In this document: in pieces, positions 1 through 5,707 of the stretch | Layout: each line of letters starts with the position of its first letter | Numbering within the stretch: the first letter of the stretch is position 1 | Virus record (IMG/VR): IMGVR_UViG_2974563859_000001 | Strand: one strand, 5' to 3' | Length of the DNA: 23,152 nucleotides | From: a virus | Lineage: Duplodnaviria > Heunggongvirae > Uroviricota > Caudoviricetes | The notes under the pieces: generated by a model | Database searches by the model: none | Told to the model about the DNA's origin: nothing | What the model saw: only the letters and a program-made list of their open reading frames with translations | Made by a program: the position numbers and the translations under genes

Positions 1-16
1 ATGTTTTCTAATAAAA

Positions 17-28
17 AACATATAATTA
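17..28 (+). promoter_or_regulatory. AR9-type late promoter motif (AACA-N6-TA)
   Basis: AACATATAATTA, 36 nt before the likely ATG at 64; same motif and spacing recur before seven other late genes. Confidence 0.7.
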
Positions 29-63
29 AGTTAAATCATAATATTAAAAGGAGGTACATCAAA

Positions 64-522
64 ATGTTATCCAAATATGAGTCATTATTATTAGTTGAAC
101 ATGAAGAATTTGATTCATATAGAGAAGAATATTTTCTATTAAAAGAAGGTTTAGCAACTGATGTCGATAAGACTACTAAAGGTATATTTAATATAATTAA
201 AAAACTCCATTCCTCTAGTGATGATAGATTAATTGAAAATATGCCAGATTTTTCTAGACTATTAACACGTTGTATCATTATTGGAAGTATTGCCGTTATC
301 AGTCCTGTTATCGGTCTTATTACTTTATATACTAGTTCAGTTATTAGAAGACGTAATGATGCTAATAGAAGAGAAAAATTAATTCATCTTTATTCTAGTA
401 AATTAGAATATATTGAAGACCGATTAACTAGAGAATCAGATGAAAAGAAAAGACAAAATATGATTAAAATGAAAAATAAATTAAAAAGTGACTTAGATAA
501 ACTAAAAGTCATTAAAGATTAA
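64..522 (+). CDS. hypothetical protein, probable virion/head-associated (hydrophobic segment plus C-terminal coiled coil)
   Basis: ORF track 1..522; strong SD AAAGGAGG at 47-54 favours the ATG at 64; late promoter motif upstream; head gene cluster. Confidence 0.75.
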   Translation: MLSKYESLLLVEHEEFDSYREEYFLLKEGLATDVDKTTKGIFNIIKKLHSSSDDRLIENMPDFSRLLTRCIIIGSIAVISPVIGLITLYTSSVIRRRNDANRREKLIHLYSSKLEYIEDRLTRESDEKKRQNMIKMKNKLKSDLDKLKVIKD

Positions 523-541
523 ATGAAGGGAGTGTATATAT

Positions 542-1183
542 GTGACAGATTTTGATACCCTTCTAATTGATTTTAATAAAAAATTAATGGAAGATACAAA
601 ACATAATAATAATTTTTTCCTTAAAGAAGATGAAGACGATGATGATGTAGGTATGGATAGTCTTGAAGACTTATCTGTTGGACATTCTAATGACCCTGCT
701 CATCCAGAAGATGAAACAGATAGTAAATCTGAAGAAACTAATGATGGTAATTCACCGGAATCTTTAGATGGAGGAGATGATAATTCAAATCCTTCAGATG
801 GAGATACTGGCGATTCAGATGATCAAGGGGATGCTGATTCAGGAGATTTGGATAATGAACAAGATGATAGTCCTACTGATAATGATAAAAAATTACAATT
901 GTATAAGTCATATAAGACAATCTACACTTCTATCGATAATTTTTTAGATAAAGTTTCATCTTATAAGGAATATTTAGATACAGAAGAAAATAAGAGTAAG
1001 AATTATGAACTTGTTGAATATATCGAAGATAAATTATATAATCTAAAAGATAGTACCAAAATTATGTTAACTGACAAAATTAAGACAATGGATTATGAAA
1101 AAGTAAAAACTGTTTTCGTATATACAAAAAGTGAAATTAACTTACTGGTCAACCTATTTAACAAATTTTCTTCTTCCAAGTAA
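542..1183 (+). CDS. acidic low-complexity protein, candidate head scaffold/internal protein
   Basis: GTG start after GAAGGGAG; D/E/S/G-rich N-terminal half and helical C-terminal half; directly upstream of the major capsid gene. Function inferred from position only. Confidence 0.7.
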   Translation: MTDFDTLLIDFNKKLMEDTKHNNNFFLKEDEDDDDVGMDSLEDLSVGHSNDPAHPEDETDSKSEETNDGNSPESLDGGDDNSNPSDGDTGDSDDQGDADSGDLDNEQDDSPTDNDKKLQLYKSYKTIYTSIDNFLDKVSSYKEYLDTEENKSKNYELVEYIEDKLYNLKDSTKIMLTDKIKTMDYEKVKTVFVYTKSEINLLVNLFNKFSSSK

Positions 1184-1185
1184 TA

Positions 1186-1197
1186 AACAATTTAATA
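1186..1197 (+). promoter_or_regulatory. AR9-type late promoter motif, upstream copy before the major capsid gene
   Basis: AACAATTTAATA immediately after the stop of the 542-1183 gene. Confidence 0.45.
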
Positions 1198-1246
1198 GTA
1201 AAAAAATTATAAATCAATTTATTAGATTTTATATTAGAGAGATCTA

Positions 1247-1258
1247 AACAAAAAATTA
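1247..1258 (+). promoter_or_regulatory. AR9-type late promoter motif for the major capsid gene
   Basis: AACAAAAAATTA, 37 nt before ATG 1295. Confidence 0.75.
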
Positions 1259-1294
1259 TTAAAATCTAATAATTAAGAAAAGGAGTAATGATCA

Positions 1295-2890
1295 ATGTCC
1301 GTAGAATATCGAACTAATCATTCAACTGGAACAACTGATGAATTCAGTCAAACATTAAAAGAAAGTCATCAATATTTCTTACAAACTCAACAAGTAAACA
1401 TCCTTGGAGAAGGCTTCAGTGATGTTCTTTCTGAAGCATCCACTTTTAGTGCTTATGTAGATAAATTAGTAGAAGGCTTAGATGCAACTGAAGAAGCAGA
1501 TATGCGTCAATTACTTGCAAACAACCGTCAAGCAATCCTTCAAGAGTCCGTAGTTGCAGGTATCCCTCCAATTGCGTCTCTATCTATGCCAACTATTCGT
1601 AAAATGTGGGCTAAGATTGCATTGAAATATGCTATTCCTACTGAACCTGTTAAAACACCTGCTTTCTCTGTATCATTCTCTAAACCTTATATCATTGATT
1701 CAGTATCAGGTGAAAAACATTATCTTCCAGAATCTCTTCGTTCTTTAGATAATGGACTTGCTGAAAAAACAAAACTTTCTTCTCAAGCTTATGAGCTACC
1801 TTTGGATAACAAAGATCTTCTTGCTGATGTAGGTGCTTCTGCACAAGCTGGAGATGCAATTGATCGCCGTTTCCATATTGTTGAAGTTGAAGTTTCTGCG
1901 GCAAGTGCGACTGGAACAGCTGAGACTGCTGAAACAGTTAAAGTAAAAGTTAACTCTAAAATTGATATTAACAACAAACTATATGCTGAAGTTAAAGCTA
2001 AACACTCTGATGGTACTGTAACTTCTGACGTACTTATGGGTGCTGTTGATCCAGAAAAAGGTACTGTTAGCTTAGTATCTCTTCGTCAAGCAGTTAAAAA
2101 AGTTGTATTCCTTGGTTATGTATCTTCTGAGGCTCATAACAGAGCAACTAACGTATCTTTCGATATTGAACGTAGAGATATCACTATCGGAACTGGCGAA
2201 CACTTAGAGGCTTCTCTACCACTTGAAATGCTAACTGATACAATGGCACTTTATCAAATTGATGGTGCTAATGAAGTGGTAGACACAATGTCTAACGTTA
2301 CAGCTCAAAAAGTTGACCAAGAAATTTATAATTTCATTGATGCGGCTTTCCAATCTAACCCTACTTATATGGGTAAATTTAACGTTCATCCTGCACCTCA
2401 GTTTGCTGGAAATCCTAGAGACTGGTTGGATGGTATCAAACGAGTAATTGATTACTTTGCTCAAAAAATTAAATCTGAAACTTACTACTACCAAGGTTAC
2501 TTTGTAATTGTTGGGAACCCACTTGATACTGCTTTGATTCCAAATGTTACTTGGACATTTAACCGAGTATCAGATGCTCAAAATGGTATTGAAGTAGATT
2601 ACAGTATTGGAGCTGTTTCTGGTGCAAGCCGTTACACAATTGTTTCTTCTGACTTGATTCCTCAAGGCGAATTGACAATGTTCATGGTTCCACTTACTAA
2701 TAAATTTATGACGTTCAAGTACTATCCGTACACTTTCAATGTTGTACACAACTACCTGAACACTCGTAATCCTAATATTCCTTCCATTATGATGACTAAA
2801 CGTCATACCCTTGAAGAGTTCCTTCCAATGGTATGCAAAATCAAAATTGAGAACAATGATGGTACTCTTGTTTCTCAATATAATGGATAA
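1295..2890 (+). CDS. major capsid protein precursor (T4 gp23/phiKZ-like)
   Basis: 531 aa; SD AAAAGGAG; segment LSMPTIRKMWAKIALKYAIPTEPVKTP parallels the start of mature T4 gp23; LxE-rich propeptide; followed by a strong terminator. Confidence 0.85.
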   Translation: MSVEYRTNHSTGTTDEFSQTLKESHQYFLQTQQVNILGEGFSDVLSEASTFSAYVDKLVEGLDATEEADMRQLLANNRQAILQESVVAGIPPIASLSMPTIRKMWAKIALKYAIPTEPVKTPAFSVSFSKPYIIDSVSGEKHYLPESLRSLDNGLAEKTKLSSQAYELPLDNKDLLADVGASAQAGDAIDRRFHIVEVEVSAASATGTAETAETVKVKVNSKIDINNKLYAEVKAKHSDGTVTSDVLMGAVDPEKGTVSLVSLRQAVKKVVFLGYVSSEAHNRATNVSFDIERRDITIGTGEHLEASLPLEMLTDTMALYQIDGANEVVDTMSNVTAQKVDQEIYNFIDAAFQSNPTYMGKFNVHPAPQFAGNPRDWLDGIKRVIDYFAQKIKSETYYYQGYFVIVGNPLDTALIPNVTWTFNRVSDAQNGIEVDYSIGAVSGASRYTIVSSDLIPQGELTMFMVPLTNKFMTFKYYPYTFNVVHNYLNTRNPNIPSIMMTKRHTLEEFLPMVCKIKIENNDGTLVSQYNG

Positions 2891-2897
2891 TAAATAA

Positions 2898-2940
2898 AAA
2901 TATCAGTTGTGACCATAACGGTTACAACTGATATTTATTT
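2898..2940 (+). terminator. intrinsic terminator after major capsid gene
   Basis: 17-bp stem AAATATCAGTTGTGACC (2898-2914) / GGTTACAACTGATATTT (2920-2936), one G-U pair, then T-rich tail. Confidence 0.75.
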
Positions 2941-2956
2941 TAAGAGGTGTAGATGT

Positions 2957-3928
2957 ATGGTAGATACTATTTTACTAGAAAAAATTTATCATAGAACAGA
3001 ATTGGATCAATTAGATGACTGCTTTGAAGAAATACTTAATCTACTACCATCGAAGAATTTTAAAGATGCTGGTTTTAAAAGGAATATATCAAAAATAGAA
3101 AAACTCTTGAAGAGTACTTTTAATATAGATTGTAAAATTTTTCTTCATCCAACATTGAGTAATAAAGTAAGTTATGGTATGAGAATTTTCCCTTCTTATG
3201 AAGAAATGAAAGGACAATATTTAGAAGCCATTGAATCTAAGAAAAAAGGTTATCAGTTAATCGATTGTCATAATGTATCAATTGAAATTGAAGGATCTCT
3301 TTTAAACCTATTTAAAAGAGAAGGAGCAACAGCTAGAATGCTAACTGCAATTTTAATTCATGAAATTGGACATAAAGTATATGTTAAAGTTCAAAATGCT
3401 CTTAGGGATGAAGAAAATTCTAAGAATATGGCTAATATTGGTTATGGCATGGGATTAGCTATGGCAGTACTCTCTATGACCGTTAGAATGGGTAAGAGAA
3501 CTTTATCAGTTCCATTAACTGTAATGAGCCCAATTATAGGTTTTGTAGGTTTGGTTATGATTGTAATGGGTACAAGTTCTCTTATGGATTTTGTTGCAAA
3601 TAAATATTATTCAGAGAGAGAAATATATAGTGATAGTTTAGCAGTTAAATATGGATATGCTGATGAGATGTATCAGACACTCTCAATGCTTCAAAATCAT
3701 ACTAACTCAACTCATAAAATTAGTACGAATGTATTTATTAATTGGATAAGGAAAAATTTAAACTTCTATTATTTAAGAAGAAAAGGAGTTATTGATGTTC
3801 TCAAGAAAGAATATCAAACTGCTGAAACAGAATTAGAGAAAGAGTTGATTAAGAAAGTACTAATTGATTTAAATAATAAGCAGAATAAAGATTTTGGTGA
3901 GGATAATACTCTTTTATTAAAAAAATAA
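2957..3928 (+). CDS. zinc metallopeptidase-like protein (HExxH, M48/HtpX-like layout)
   Basis: ILIHEIGH, two hydrophobic segments, then SEREIYSDSLAVKYGY (third-ligand ExxxD motif); SD GAGGTG favours ATG 2957 over the track's GTG 2909. Confidence 0.7.
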   Translation: MVDTILLEKIYHRTELDQLDDCFEEILNLLPSKNFKDAGFKRNISKIEKLLKSTFNIDCKIFLHPTLSNKVSYGMRIFPSYEEMKGQYLEAIESKKKGYQLIDCHNVSIEIEGSLLNLFKREGATARMLTAILIHEIGHKVYVKVQNALRDEENSKNMANIGYGMGLAMAVLSMTVRMGKRTLSVPLTVMSPIIGFVGLVMIVMGTSSLMDFVANKYYSEREIYSDSLAVKYGYADEMYQTLSMLQNHTNSTHKISTNVFINWIRKNLNFYYLRRKGVIDVLKKEYQTAETELEKELIKKVLIDLNNKQNKDFGEDNTLLLKK

Positions 3929-3958
3929 AGAAGGGCAAAGTATCTGTCCTTCTTTATT
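3924..3958. terminator. bidirectional terminator between convergent genes
   Basis: AATAAAGAAGGGCA (3924-3937) / TGTCCTTCTTTATT (3945-3958). Confidence 0.75.
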
Positions 3959-3962
3959 GTAA

Positions 3963-4151
3963 CTATTCAGTTATTAATTGTCCAAGATTATCAACTATAT
4001 AAGTAGCAAATGGTCCAATATCATACAATTCATCTTCCATATCATTTAGTTCTCCGATAAATTCGCTATTGCTATCATCATCTAATTCTACAAAATCAAA
4101 ACTAATTTCATCAATACCATCAAGTAGTTCTTTGACCTCCGCTTTGCTCAT
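3963..4151 (-). CDS. small highly acidic protein, candidate DNA mimic (weak Ugi-like pattern)
   Basis: 62 aa, 19 D/E versus 2 K; perfect SD AAGGAGG; PFATYIVDNLGQ resembles Ugi PWALVIQDSNGE. ORF is solid, function speculative. Confidence 0.7.
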   Translation of the reverse strand: MSKAEVKELLDGIDEISFDFVELDDDSNSEFIGELNDMEDELYDIGPFATYIVDNLGQLITE

Positions 4152-4226
4152 TTCAAATTCCTCCTTGAGTGAGAGTTGGTATTTCTAGATGTTTTATTTT
4201 AACCAGAAAACTTCATCTTGAAACTC

Positions 4227-4272
4227 AAAAAAGAAAAAAAAAATTCACCTGAACTAGTTTATGCAGGTGAAT
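4227..4272 (-). terminator. intrinsic terminator for the 4285-4998 gene
   Basis: Stem ATTCACCTG (4243-4251) / CAGGTGAAT (4264-4272) next to a long A-run (U-tract on the minus strand). Confidence 0.75.
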
Positions 4273-4284
4273 CTCTAAGATGTC

Positions 4285-4998
4285 TTATGTTAGTTTAGTT
4301 AGTAGGATTCTAAATCCATTTACACTAACAGGGGAATATTGAATACTAGTTATATTTTTATCTGGAAATTGGTTTCTTATATAACTCTCAGTTTCTTCAT
4401 TTTCAGGTATAGCAAAATAATCCAAAATGGAGTTATCACTATTTTCAAATGTTATAAAAGCACCATATAATTTATACTCAAATCCTTCTATTCCATGAGT
4501 TTTCTTATATTCAGTAATTATCTTATCGGATATTCCCATTGTTTCTAAAGCAGTTAATATCATTTTTTCAGAAAGATCACCAAGTTTATCAATACTCTTT
4601 AATCTTTTCTTACTCATATAATCTATTAATTTACTTAGATTATCTAAACCATTCCGTCTTAATAAGTTAAACGTTCTTAAATCTAGTAAATCTTTATCAA
4701 TTTGATATGTTAAATTTTTCTTTCTTTTACCTTCTTGTATTTCTTCATTTTTACATTTTTCAAATGCTGTCCATACTAACTGATTTACTCTTGCTGATGA
4801 TAGATTTACGATCTGTCCTACTTCTTCATTAGAAAGTATTCTATCTCCACCAAATTTTATAATTACTGTCTGTAATTCATTATTCGTAATCACATCTTTG
4901 TTTCTTTTAAAGAATTTAATTACATCCTCTAATTCATAATTGATTCCAAAGTATTCTATTATTTCCTTGTCAATATTTCTTCTCTCTTTTCGTACCAA
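4285..4998 (-). CDS. sigma-70 region 4 HTH fused to an RNA polymerase alpha-CTD-like domain
   Basis: aa ~37-83 ITNNELQTVIIKFG..SNEEVG..LSSARVNQLVWTAFEK parallels sigma4 (LTAREAKVLRMRFG..TLEEVG..VTRERIRQIEAKALRK); aa ~100-155 LDLRTFNLLRRNGL..LKSIDKLGDLSEKMI parallels alpha-CTD; TTG start with SD AAAGGAG. Confidence 0.75.
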   Translation of the reverse strand: MVRKERRNIDKEIIEYFGINYELEDVIKFFKRNKDVITNNELQTVIIKFGGDRILSNEEVGQIVNLSSARVNQLVWTAFEKCKNEEIQEGKRKKNLTYQIDKDLLDLRTFNLLRRNGLDNLSKLIDYMSKKRLKSIDKLGDLSEKMILTALETMGISDKIITEYKKTHGIEGFEYKLYGAFITFENSDNSILDYFAIPENEETESYIRNQFPDKNITSIQYSPVSVNGFRILLTKLT

Positions 4999-5026
4999 TG
5001 ACTTTCTCTCCTTTCACTCTTTCTCA

Positions 5027-5039
5027 TATATAATATATA
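5027..5039 (-). promoter_or_regulatory. putative early (virion RNAP) promoter motif TATATATTATATA
   Basis: Identical 13-mer recurs at 20476-20488, in both cases upstream of minus-strand non-structural genes; contains TATATTAT, similar to the phiKZ early core TATATTAC. Confidence 0.5.
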
Positions 5040-5066
5040 CTTAGTTTTATATTTTAATACGGTACA

Positions 5067-5078
5067 AACATTCTATTA
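5067..5078 (+). promoter_or_regulatory. AR9-type late promoter motif for terL
   Basis: AACATTCTATTA, 27 nt before ATG 5105. Confidence 0.75.
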
Positions 5079-5104
5079 ATATATCATAATAGGAGGTTGA
5101 TTAA

Positions 5105-5707
5105 ATGTATGATTATTCTACTAGAAACCTAAGTTTTATTAAGATCTGGAAGTTTCTAAAAGATCAAGGTATAAAAAATAATAAATTCTTTTTAAAATTG
5201 AATGATGAAACATTACAAGGTGTTGATCCATATGATCCAAATTTAACTGATGAACAAAAGGTAAGAATACAGGTTGAAGTAATGACTAACTTTTGGTATT
5301 TCTTGAGGGAAGTAGTGCGAATTCCTGAATCGGGTGGTTCTATTCATTTCATGCTACACAGAGCTAATCTTGGTCAAATGTTTCTTATGGAAAATAATAT
5401 TGATATGATTGAGATACTACCTCGTCAGAATGGAAAAACAATTGGGGCTGTATGTCGATATATATGGGTATATCATTGGGCTACCAAAAATACTCATATG
5501 ATTTTTAGTAATAAACAATACGCCGATTCCCAATTAAATATTAAACGTTTCAATGATATAACAGAATTATTACCAAGTTATTTAAAAACGCATTTAGATC
5601 CTAAAAAAGATACAAATAACTTAGCTCAAATTTCATGTGCAAAGAATAATAATAAAATTGATGCAATGAGTACTGCTAGGACTGTTACTGACGCTGACAA
5701 ACTGGGT
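5105..5707 (+). CDS. terL: terL exon 1 (N-terminal ATPase, Walker A)
   Basis: PRQNGKT; reading frame stops at the TAA that forms the first three bases of intron 1. Confidence 0.9.

Noticed and set aside
1692-2878. Minus-strand ORFs 1692-1904, 1789-1977, 2231-2494, 2570-2878 (also 36-278)
   Set aside because: Antisense shadows of well-supported genes, with no RBS or motifs
2926-2937. AACT-N6-TA as a late promoter for the metallopeptidase gene
   Set aside because: One mismatch to the consensus and buried in the terminator stem; read-through from MCP is equally plausible
4185-4187. TAG recoding that would extend the acidic ORF
   Set aside because: A TAA follows two codons further upstream with no usable start; long genes are intact in code 11 and the SbcC-like gene ends at TAG
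4165-4228. Structured leader or riboswitch before the acidic gene
   Set aside because: Only short interrupted pairings (TTGAGT/ACTCAA, AGTT/AACT, GGT/ACC); no recognisable aptamer
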